A stretch of 64,000 bases of DNA. Origin: a bacterium. Lineage in GTDB: Bacteria > Acidobacteriota > Thermoanaerobaculia > Multivoradales > J023. How positions within the stretch are numbered: the stretch's first letter is position 1; every line of letters starts with the position of its first letter. The notes below the pieces were generated by a model. It ran no database searches. It worked only from the letters and a program-made list of their open reading frames with translations, and was not told where the DNA came from. Location of the stretch: contig JAAELT010000366.1 of the NCBI GenBank assembly GCA_024226315.1, positions 4,163-68,162 of the forward strand. Direction: 5' to 3'. The position numbers and the translations under genes are program-made. Below, piece by piece: positions 55,831 to 64,000 of the stretch.

Positions 55831-55981
55831 GATCTCCTCCCGCGCCAAGATCTGATCCCCCAACGTCGAGGATCTCCCAGACCCCGCGTTTCGACAACCG
55901 CCGCAAGGGTGGACCGGTACCGCCCGCGCGGGTGGGGAGGTCCCGGCGCGGGTGACGCGATGCATGGCGTATTATGCGGGG

Positions 55982-57475
55982 ATGAGAACATCTATTCGTT
56001 CGTCTCTGACCCACGCCATGATTTCGACGGCCTTGATCTCGGTGGCTTTGCTCTCGACGGTGCTCGGGTCGGCCGCCCATGGCCAGTGGTCCGACGATCC
56101 GGCGGCCAACCTGGTGATCGCGGACCGCACAGGAGAGCAGGTGCAGGCCAAGGTGGTGCCCACGGCCGACGGCGGTTGCTACGTCAGCTGGTTCGACAAC
56201 GCCACCGGCGGCTATGACGTGTACCTGCAACGGCTGGACGCGGCGGGCAACGAGCAGTGGGCTCACAACGGGGTGCTGGTGGCCGATCGCGGCTTCAGCT
56301 CGACCCAGGACTACGGCCTTGCCGTCGACACGGCGGGCAACGCCCTGCTGGCGTTCCGCGACGACAGCGGCGCCAACGTCCAGGTCGCGGCCGCCAAGGT
56401 CGACCCGGCCGGCAACTTGCTCTGGGGCCCCGGTGGCGTTCAAGTGACCGCGACCTCCGATTTCGTCGCGGCCCCGAAGATCGCCGGCACCAGCGACGGC
56501 AACGTCGTCGTGGCATGGACTCAGGGCGCCGACGCCGTCGCTCACAAGCTCGACCCGAACGGAGCGCCGTTCTGGGGCTCGGCGGTGACCCTGACTCCGG
56601 CGAGTGGCAGCTTCGCTGTCAGCGACCTCCAGGCCGCGGACTCGGGCAACGTGATCCTGTCGTGGGTCCACTCCGTCAGTGGTCCCGGCCCTCGCCATCT
56701 GTGGGCTCAGAAGCTGGCGTCGGCTGACGGCGCCTCCCTGTGGCCGGCGTCCCACGTCAAGGTCTATGACGCCGCCGGGGGCTCGCTGCAGTTCGGCAAC
56801 TTCCCGTCGTTCATCAGTGACGGCAGCGGCGGTGCCGTCTTCGCCTGGTACACGAGTAGCCCCACCTTGCAGTGCCGGGCCCAGCGCATCCTGGCAAACG
56901 GCACGGAAGCCTTCGCCCACAACGGCGTCGAGGCGTCGACGGAAGCCACCCGGTTGCGCGTCAGCCCGGCCGCCGCCTGGGATCCGGTGGCACAGGAGAT
57001 CTTCCTGTTCTGGACCGAGCTGAACAACCTGCAAAGCCAGTTCGGCCTCTACGGTCAGAAGCTCGACGCCGCCGGCGCCCGCCAGTGGAGCGACAGCGGC
57101 AAGGAGCTGGTGCCCCTCGGACCGGAGGAGGTCAGCCAGGTCCGGGCGATCCGATTGCTCCCTTCCGGTGGCGGCGCCACGGTCGCCTGGGCCGAGACCG
57201 TCGCCTTCGGCAACCAGCCCATCCACGCGACCCGCGTCGACGGCGACGGCGACTTCGTGTGGTCCCCGGCCATCGTCGATCTCGCCACCTCCGCCACCGG
57301 TACCTCGCGTCTGGCGGCGGCTTCCAGCCAGCAGGGTTTCGGCATCTTCGCCTGGTCTGACGGAGCGACCGGCACCCGCGACGTCCTGGCCCAGAACCTC
57401 AACGCCGACGGTACCCTCGGTGCCAACCAGATCTTCGCGGATGGCTTCGAGTCGGGCGATACCTCGGCCTGGTAG
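55982..57475 (+). CDS. Secreted repeat (beta-propeller-like) protein with C-terminal IFADGFESGDTSAW
   Basis: Signal peptide; repeated DG.GG..V.W / YLQRLDAAGN..W...GV units. Confidence 0.85.
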   Translation: MRTSIRSSLTHAMISTALISVALLSTVLGSAAHGQWSDDPAANLVIADRTGEQVQAKVVPTADGGCYVSWFDNATGGYDVYLQRLDAAGNEQWAHNGVLVADRGFSSTQDYGLAVDTAGNALLAFRDDSGANVQVAAAKVDPAGNLLWGPGGVQVTATSDFVAAPKIAGTSDGNVVVAWTQGADAVAHKLDPNGAPFWGSAVTLTPASGSFAVSDLQAADSGNVILSWVHSVSGPGPRHLWAQKLASADGASLWPASHVKVYDAAGGSLQFGNFPSFISDGSGGAVFAWYTSSPTLQCRAQRILANGTEAFAHNGVEASTEATRLRVSPAAAWDPVAQEIFLFWTELNNLQSQFGLYGQKLDAAGARQWSDSGKELVPLGPEEVSQVRAIRLLPSGGGATVAWAETVAFGNQPIHATRVDGDGDFVWSPAIVDLATSATGTSRLAAASSQQGFGIFAWSDGATGTRDVLAQNLNADGTLGANQIFADGFESGDTSAW

Positions 57476-57508
57476 AGCGATCGGCCAGGCATGGTAGGCT
57501 GAGGCGAA

Positions 57509-57865
57509 ATGGACGAGCTGACGGCGACGACCCGAGCCCTGGCCGACGCTACGCGGCGGACGGTGCTGGAGCTACTGCGCGACGGCGGCCAGTCGGTGAG
57601 CGACCTGGCGCGGCATTTCTCGATGAGTCGTCCGGCGGTGTCGAAGCACTTGGCGATCCTGCGCGACTCGGGGCTGGTGAGCGCACGGCGCGAAGGGCGC
57701 CAGCAGATCTACGAGCTCGACGCGGCGAAGCTGGAGCCGGTCCGGGAGTGGCTGGCAGGTCTCTGTGCCGACGACGGCGACGAAGATAGCGACCAGGGCG
57801 AGCCGGCGCCAACTCGTCCGTCGCGTCGTCCGACCCGCCGCCAGGGTACCTGGCGGAGCTGGTAA
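57509..57865 (+). CDS. ArsR/SmtB-family regulator
   Basis: ALADATRRTVLELL, SRPAVSKHLAIL..SGLV..RREGR..IY.L. Confidence 0.93.
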   Translation: MDELTATTRALADATRRTVLELLRDGGQSVSDLARHFSMSRPAVSKHLAILRDSGLVSARREGRQQIYELDAAKLEPVREWLAGLCADDGDEDSDQGEPAPTRPSRRPTRRQGTWRSW

Positions 57866-57890
57866 CCGCTCGTGTTGGCGGCTCTTCGGC

Positions 57891-60245
57891 TCAGCCGAAG
57901 GCCGGGCCGAAGCGCCGGAGCTCTTCGGCCCATGCCGCGAGCAGCTCGGACCGCTCGTCGAGCACCTCGAGCGCGCGCGCGTGCGGCGTGGCGCGGCGAG
58001 CGTGCTCAGCGTAGAGCTCGGCCTGCCGGAGCCAGTCCCTGCGCCCGACGGTGGGGCGCGGCAGCTTCGCCGGCACGCCCTGGCCGAGCAACAGCACGTC
58101 GATCCCCTCGGCTCCCCAGAGTGGATCGGGGGTCTCGACGCGGACTTCCTGGTAGGACAGGGGGCCGCGCTCGCGGAAGGCGTCGAGCAGCTCGGCGTGG
58201 AGCGAGACGTCGACGTCGCTCCGGCAACAGCGCCAGAACGGCGAGTCGAGGCGGCGGTTGAAGCGGAAGTGAATCGCCAGGAACCAGCGCAGGTAGTCCC
58301 AGAAATCACCCACGCGCCGGTTGAGCAGTGCTGGCACGCCGCGCTCGTCGTGGCGGACGGGCAGGGATTGCAAGAGCATGCCGATCTGCCGGATCAACAT
58401 GTGGAGCGCGGTCGACTCGAGCGGTTCGACGAAGCCGTAGGCATTGCCCATGGCCACCACGTTGCGGCGCCAGAAGTGCTCGTGGCGGCCTGCTCGAAAT
58501 TCGATCAACCGGGGCTCTCCCATACCCGGGTTGGCGCGCCGCATTTCGCGCTCGGCCTCGTCGGGGCTGGCGAATTCCGAGCAGAAGACGTAGCCGCGGT
58601 GGTCGGCGTCGCGCTGTGGCGTCGACCAGCACCAGCCGGCGCTCATCGTCTCGGCCAGGGTAAAAGGTGCAACCTTGCCGTCATGTGGCACCGTTGCGAC
58701 CAACGCCCGGTCGGTGAACAGGCTCTGTCGGTAGTCGAGGAACGGCGAGCCCAGGGCCCGTTCCAGCAGCAGTGAGCGGAAGCCCGAGCAGTCGATGTAG
58801 AGGTCGAAGGCGAAACGGCGGCCGTCGTCCGCCACCAGCGACGTCACCGACTCGCCGTCCTCCGCCGTCTCGACCTCCGAGATCCGCGCGTCGACGGCCG
58901 TGACGCCTCGATCCCGAGCCGTCTGCCTCAGATAGCGTACGAAGCGTTCGTTGTCCAGATGGTAGGCGACGTCGACGCCCAGGCTCGAACGCCAGGCTTC
59001 GCCTTCCCGGTGGAGGGGTAGGGCGCCGGCCGACATCATCAGCGACCAGGGCGAGCAGCGCCGGACGTCGCCGTCCCAGACCGCGGGCTCCAGCACGTGG
59101 ACGGGGCCGAAGGGGTAGTGAAAGGTGCCCGGGCCCCAATCGAAGCGGATGTCGAGCTTGAAGGTCGGCCGGACTTGCGCGTAGAGCTCGTGGACGTCGA
59201 GGCCGAGGTCGACGTGAAGGAACTGAGGCATCAATGGCGTGGTGGCCTCGCCGACGCCGATGACCGGCAGCTGACTCGACTCGATCAGGGTCACGTGCAG
59301 GGCCGGAAATCTCCGGCGCAGGGCCAGGGCGGTGAGGTAGCCGGCGGTGCCCCCGCCGACGATGCCTACCGACGCGACCAATTCGTCGTCGTCCGTCGCA
59401 ATCGCGCGGCGAGGGGCACGCCGGTGGATCTCGATCAGCTCGCGTCGCGCGGAACCGGCCAACGCCGACTCTTCCACGTCCGGAGGAGTCCGTTCAGCGG
59501 CGCACAACGGACATGCGGCGGCGATCGACACCGGATAGCTTAGCTCCTTGCCCGAACCACGGGTGAGCAACCGAACCGAGGTCAGCTGGCGAGGCCGGCC
59601 CCGGGGTGAGAGCACCGCGCGCGCTTCGAGAGCGACCGCTCGCGCCGCTCGCTCGAACGTCGCGGCGCTCGCCGTACCGGTTCGAAAGCTCACCAATGCT
59701 GCCAGCAGCTCGGATTCGTCGAGCTTCAGCGCGCGGAAGCTGGCGATCTGGGCGCAGGCGAAGCACGGACTCGCTCCGGGGACCACCGTCGGCCCGATCC
59801 TGATGCCGTCGGGATCGACGGTGACGAACAGGCAGGGCACACCGGCTCGCAGGCAAGCGCCCTGGATCTCGAACAGCGCCTCGTAGGACGCTTCTTCGAG
59901 CGCGCAGATCACCAGATCGGGCGGCGGATCGAGATCGCCGTCCGTGAGCCTTTCGAGGCGCCGCGCGGTGAGAAGCTCTGCAATGCGGCGGGCGGCGACG
60001 CCGGAGCCGAGAACCAGCGGCCAGGTCCTGGTGTTCGCCGCGGCGAGCTGACCGTCGCTTACGCCCGCGATGCCCGGGGCAGGTCTCACGGGTGCAGCCA
60101 GGTCGCGCGGCCCGACGTCCTCGAGGTCGGCGTCGCGCATCAGGGCGACGCCGCGACGGCCGCGCACCAGCAGCCTCCCGTCGCCCAGACGCGCGACCTG
60201 CAGCGCCGCGCTCGATGGGACCTTCGGGTTGGGAGGCTTCGGCAT
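57891..60245 (-). CDS. Flavin-dependent tryptophan-halogenase-family enzyme fused to an N-terminal ocin-ThiF/TOMM scaffold-like domain
   Basis: N-terminal IGPTVVPGASPCFAC...CPLC; then IVGGGTAGY, IGVGEAT, TFKLDI (catalytic Lys), DLYIDCSGF, GWCWSTP, GNAYGFVEPLESTA. Confidence 0.9.
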   Translation of the reverse strand: MPKPPNPKVPSSAALQVARLGDGRLLVRGRRGVALMRDADLEDVGPRDLAAPVRPAPGIAGVSDGQLAAANTRTWPLVLGSGVAARRIAELLTARRLERLTDGDLDPPPDLVICALEEASYEALFEIQGACLRAGVPCLFVTVDPDGIRIGPTVVPGASPCFACAQIASFRALKLDESELLAALVSFRTGTASAATFERAARAVALEARAVLSPRGRPRQLTSVRLLTRGSGKELSYPVSIAAACPLCAAERTPPDVEESALAGSARRELIEIHRRAPRRAIATDDDELVASVGIVGGGTAGYLTALALRRRFPALHVTLIESSQLPVIGVGEATTPLMPQFLHVDLGLDVHELYAQVRPTFKLDIRFDWGPGTFHYPFGPVHVLEPAVWDGDVRRCSPWSLMMSAGALPLHREGEAWRSSLGVDVAYHLDNERFVRYLRQTARDRGVTAVDARISEVETAEDGESVTSLVADDGRRFAFDLYIDCSGFRSLLLERALGSPFLDYRQSLFTDRALVATVPHDGKVAPFTLAETMSAGWCWSTPQRDADHRGYVFCSEFASPDEAEREMRRANPGMGEPRLIEFRAGRHEHFWRRNVVAMGNAYGFVEPLESTALHMLIRQIGMLLQSLPVRHDERGVPALLNRRVGDFWDYLRWFLAIHFRFNRRLDSPFWRCCRSDVDVSLHAELLDAFRERGPLSYQEVRVETPDPLWGAEGIDVLLLGQGVPAKLPRPTVGRRDWLRQAELYAEHARRATPHARALEVLDERSELLAAWAEELRRFGPAFG

Positions 60246-60437
60246 GCGCCTAATCTACCCTCCGGCCTCGACGAAGAGCGTCTCGCCTTCCGGTAAGCTG
60301 CGCCCGGGCGAATCGACCTGCGCGACGTGCGGGTGCAGCTGATCGACGAGGGTTCGGGTCGAGGTCGCTGACGATCTGTCGAGATTCTTTGCTGGTACGT
60401 GGTAACGTTTCCGGTTCTGACTCGGGGGAGATCCAAG

Positions 60438-61565
60438 ATGGCGTCAACCAGAAGCTTCGGTCTGGCGGTCCTCGCGCTCGGGCTGAGTCTCGCCCTGCTC
60501 GGCGCTTGCGCAACGGATCCGGAGACCACCGCGGAAGCGGAGCCGATAGCGGTCGAGCCGGTGGAGGAAGGCATCTTGGTGCGCGTGGAGCCCGTGCGCG
60601 CCGAGCCGATGTCGGCACTCTATTCCACCAGTGCCACCCTACGGGCCTACCAGCGGGCCACGGTCACCGCGCGCACCCGCGGGGTGGTTCGTAGGCTGGT
60701 GGTCGAGGAAGGAGCGCGGGTCGCCGCCGGGCAGGCCCTGGCCCATCTCGAGGACGACGAGCAGAAGATCGCCGCCGAGCGCGACCACGCCACGCTCGAG
60801 ACCCGACAATGGGAGTTCGAGCGCGCCGAGAAGCTCTACCTCCAGACGCTGGTGAGCGAGGAGGCCTTCGAGACCGCTCGGCGCGAGAAGCGCGACGCCG
60901 AACAGGCGGCGGCGCTGGCCGAGCTCGAGCTCTCCCGGACGGTCGTCCGCGCGCCGTTTCGCGGCGTGGTGCTGAGGCGCCACCTCGACGTCGGCAACTC
61001 CGTGTCGGACGGTACGCCGGTCTACGATCTGGCTGATGTCGACCGTCTGCTTGCGGACGTCAACGTCCCCGAGCGGCACGTCGGACGCCTGGAGGCCCGG
61101 CAGGCGGTGCGGCTCACCGTCGACGCCACCAGCGAGATGGTCGAGGCTGTGATCGAGCGCATCGCGCCGGCGGTCGACGTCGAGACCGGCACTGTCAGGG
61201 TCACCCTGACATTGGCCGGCACCGAGATCCTGCGCCCCGGCTCCTTCGTGCGCGTCGACATCGTCACCGACACCCATCCGGAAGCCCTGGTGGTGCCGCG
61301 CTCGGCGCTGATGGCCGAGGGACGCCGCTGGATGCTCTACGCGGTCGACGACGACGGAGCCAGGGTTCGGCAGGTCCAGGTGAGCCTGGGGTTCGAGGAC
61401 GGCGACCGGGTGGAGGTCCTCGGTGCCGACGGCGCGGCGGCCCTCGCCCCCGGCCGGCGGGTGGTGGTCGCGGGGGTCGGCGCGCTGTCCGACGGTGCCG
61501 CGATCGAGATCGATCCGGGCTCCGGTCCGGGCGGCTCGAGCGAATCGGGCGATGTCGCTCCCTGA
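60438..61565 (+). CDS. RND efflux membrane-fusion (periplasmic adaptor) lipoprotein
   Basis: Lipobox LGA-C; VEEGARV..GQ.LA.L, VRAPFRGVV, LRPGSFV, ALVVPRSAL. Confidence 0.93.
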   Translation: MASTRSFGLAVLALGLSLALLGACATDPETTAEAEPIAVEPVEEGILVRVEPVRAEPMSALYSTSATLRAYQRATVTARTRGVVRRLVVEEGARVAAGQALAHLEDDEQKIAAERDHATLETRQWEFERAEKLYLQTLVSEEAFETARREKRDAEQAAALAELELSRTVVRAPFRGVVLRRHLDVGNSVSDGTPVYDLADVDRLLADVNVPERHVGRLEARQAVRLTVDATSEMVEAVIERIAPAVDVETGTVRVTLTLAGTEILRPGSFVRVDIVTDTHPEALVVPRSALMAEGRRWMLYAVDDDGARVRQVQVSLGFEDGDRVEVLGADGAAALAPGRRVVVAGVGALSDGAAIEIDPGSGPGGSSESGDVAP

Positions 61566-64000
61566 AGCGTCGGTTCGCCGGCCCGTGACCGTGCTGATGA
61601 CGGTCCTGGCGGTCGCCATTTTCGGCTCGCTCGCCTCCCGGGGGCTGCCCGTCGAATTGCTGCCCGACATCTCGTATCCGACGGTCACGGTACAGATCGA
61701 CTACCCCGACGCGGCGCCGGTGACGGTGGAGCAGTTCGTGACCCGGCCGGTGGAGGAGGCAGTGGGCGTGATCCCGGGGGTGCGCGAGATGCGCTCGGTG
61801 TCGCGTTCCGGGCGCTCGGAGGTCATCCTGGAGTTCGAATGGGACCAGGAGATGGACTACGCCGCTCTCGAGGTGCGGGAGAAGCTCGGCTCGGTGCAGC
61901 TGCCTCGCGACGTCGAGCCGTCGCGGGTGCTGCGTTTCGACCCCGCGCTCGACCCGATCGTCCGCCTGGCATTGTCCGGCGAGCGCCCGCTCGACGAGCT
62001 GCGCCAGCTCGCCGACCGCTGGCTCAAGCAGCGCTTCGAAGCGGTGGGTGGCGTGGCTGCCGCGCGGGTGCGCGGCGGTCTCGATCCGGAAATCGTGGTC
62101 GAGGCCGATGAGGATCGGCTGGCGGCGCTGGGCCTCACCCTGGGCGATCTGGCGGAAGCATTGGAGGCCGAGAACGTCAACCAGCCGGGCGGCACGCTGC
62201 GCGATTTCAACGCCCTGTACCTGGTACGGACGCTGCACGAGTTCGACGATCTGGAGGAGCTGCGCCGTACCGTGGTGCGGGAGCTGCCAGCCGGCCGGGT
62301 GCGGCTGGAAGACGTGGCGACAGTGCGCCGCGGCCACCTGGATCGCGAGGAGATCTCGCGGCTGGGCGGCCGGGAGGTCGTGGAACTGGCCCTGCACCGC
62401 GAGGGCTCGGCCAATACCGTCGAGGTTGCCGCCAACGTGCGCGGTGAGCTCGAGTCCCTGGCCGCCGAGCTGCCCGCGGACCTCGAGCTGACATTGCTGT
62501 CTGATCAGTCGCGCTACATCGTCGAGGCGGTCGCCCAGGTCAAGTCGGCCGTGCTGCTGGGCGGCCTGCTGGCCATGGTGGTGCTGTACTTTTTTCTGCG
62601 TGACTTCTCCTCCACCGTGATCATCGCGCTGGCGATCCCGGTGTCGGTGGTGGCGACCTTCCTGCCCATGCAACAGGCGGGCGTGAGCCTGAACATCATG
62701 TCGCTCGGCGGTCTGGCGCTGGGCATCGGCATGCTCGTGGATAGCTCGATCGTGGTGCTCGAGGCGATCGACCGGCACCGTGCGAGCGGCACCTCACGCC
62801 GCCGAGCGTCGGTCGCCGGCGCGGTCGAGGTGGCCTCGGCCGTCACCGCCTCGATCCTGACTACTGTGTGCGTCTTCCTGCCGATAATCTTCGTTCGCGG
62901 GGTGGCCGGGGAGCTGTTCCGCGATCAGGCCCTGACCGTCTGCTTCTCGCTCCTCACCTCGCTGGCGGTGGCGTTGACAGTGATCCCGGCACTGGCCGCC
63001 ATCGACCCCGCTCGGCGCTCGGCGCTGGACTCCGGAGCGGCCGCCGAGGCACCACCCTGGACCGTGCGATTGGGACGCTATCGGCTCTTGCCGATCGGTG
63101 ACGGCAGGAGTCTGGGCAGCCGGGTGTGGACGGTGCTGGCATTTCTGCCTCGCTTTCTCCTGCTGCTGATCTGGATCCTCGCAACCAGCCTTGGAGCGGT
63201 GGTCGAGCGTGTGTTCTATTGGCTGACCGCGCCGCTCAACGCCGGTGTCGAGGGCCTGCGGCGGGCCTACCCGGGCGGTTTGGAGGCAGCTTTGAAACGC
63301 CGTTGGATGGTCCTGGTGGCAGCCGTGATCCTGCTCGCCGGTTCGATCTTCGTCGCCCGGCGCTTCGGCACCGAGTTGGTGGGCGATCTCTCCCAGGGCG
63401 AGTTCGCTTTCCAACTGCACCTCGACGAAGGTACCCCGCTCGCGATCACCGGCGAGGCGGTCGGCAATCTCGAGGCGGCCTTCGTGGAGGATCCCCGGTT
63501 CCAGCGAGTGTTCTCGGTCATCGGCAGCCTGCCGTCGACCGCGTCGGGGCGGCGCACCCTGGGGGAGAACCTGGCGCAGGTCGACTTCGTGCTGGCGGCT
63601 GGTGCGGGCGCCGACGCCCAGGCTCTGGCGGTGGAGCGGGTGCGCGCCTCTCTCGACCGCTTGCCGCGTTTCGAAGCGGAGCTGCTGCACCCGGCGGTGC
63701 TGGCGGTCGAGCCGCCGGTGGCGGTGCGGCTGTTCACCGATGACCTCGAGCTGCTCGATCGCTGGGCCGCGAAGGTCAAGGCGGAGATCGCCGGCCTCGA
63801 CGGGGTGGCGGACGTCGGCACCACCGCCGAGCCTGGCAACCCGGAAGTGCAGATCGCCCTCGATCGTGACCGGGCCTCTTCGTTGGGGCTCACCGCCGCC
63901 GAGGTGGCGACCGCCCTGCGCCGCAAGATTGGCGGCGAGGTCGTCGGCCAGTTTCGCGAGGGCGAAGAGCGTCTCGACATCCGCCTGAGGTCCCAGGAGG
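61552..64000 (+). CDS. RND efflux permease (AcrB/AcrD/AcrF family), cut by the window edge
   Basis: MSLPEASVRRPVTVLM, LPVELLPDISYPTV, SLNIMSLGGLALGIGMLVDSSIVVLE. Confidence 0.93.
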   Translation, partial: MSLPEASVRRPVTVLMTVLAVAIFGSLASRGLPVELLPDISYPTVTVQIDYPDAAPVTVEQFVTRPVEEAVGVIPGVREMRSVSRSGRSEVILEFEWDQEMDYAALEVREKLGSVQLPRDVEPSRVLRFDPALDPIVRLALSGERPLDELRQLADRWLKQRFEAVGGVAAARVRGGLDPEIVVEADEDRLAALGLTLGDLAEALEAENVNQPGGTLRDFNALYLVRTLHEFDDLEELRRTVVRELPAGRVRLEDVATVRRGHLDREEISRLGGREVVELALHREGSANTVEVAANVRGELESLAAELPADLELTLLSDQSRYIVEAVAQVKSAVLLGGLLAMVVLYFFLRDFSSTVIIALAIPVSVVATFLPMQQAGVSLNIMSLGGLALGIGMLVDSSIVVLEAIDRHRASGTSRRRASVAGAVEVASAVTASILTTVCVFLPIIFVRGVAGELFRDQALTVCFSLLTSLAVALTVIPALAAIDPARRSALDSGAAAEAPPWTVRLGRYRLLPIGDGRSLGSRVWTVLAFLPRFLLLLIWILATSLGAVVERVFYWLTAPLNAGVEGLRRAYPGGLEAALKRRWMVLVAAVILLAGSIFVARRFGTELVGDLSQGEFAFQLHLDEGTPLAITGEAVGNLEAAFVEDPRFQRVFSVIGSLPSTASGRRTLGENLAQVDFVLAAGAGADAQALAVERVRASLDRLPRFEAELLHPAVLAVEPPVAVRLFTDDLELLDRWAAKVKAEIAGLDGVADVGTTAEPGNPEVQIALDRDRASSLGLTAAEVATALRRKIGGEVVGQFREGEERLDIRLRSQE

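Noticed and set aside
60250-60618. RiPP precursor peptide for the halogenase
   Set aside because: Arg/Pro-rich shadow ORF overlapping the efflux adaptor gene; no leader/core pattern or RBS.

Overview
High-GC bacterial chromosome window in three parts. (1) 1-8160: two tandem NLR-like NB-ARC/TPR genes with different N-terminal domains, then small host genes (macro-like, NTPase, TraR/DksA). (2) ~8161-52025: a ~44 kb integrated conjugative element between a tRNA-Thr(CGT) 3' fragment and an intact tRNA-Phe(GAA). Its probable leading region (HNH, short tyrosine recombinase, orphan DarG-like macrodomain, PIN toxin-antitoxin, ssb) is punctuated by a ~220-bp structured repeat with the palindromic core AGGGATCC-GCA-GGATCCCT. 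It also carries three paralogous proteins sharing the relaxase's BID-like C-terminal region, a giant DUF11/IPTL-CTERM surface protein, a Trb/VirB T4SS operon with no visible coupling protein, mobC, a catalytically dead relaxase paralogue and a MOBP-helicase-BID relaxase. An oppositely oriented 12-kb four-gene cargo operon (PNP-STAND; STAND-pseudokinase-SF1 helicase; degenerate double PLD; STAND remnant) looks like a Mokosh-type core rewired to a nucleosidase effector. (3) 52102-64000: host genes, including two secreted proteins with an IFADGFESG motif, ArsR, an ocin-ThiF/flavin-dependent halogenase fusion and an RND pump cut by the window edge. All domain calls are by-eye motif recognition; no searches were run.
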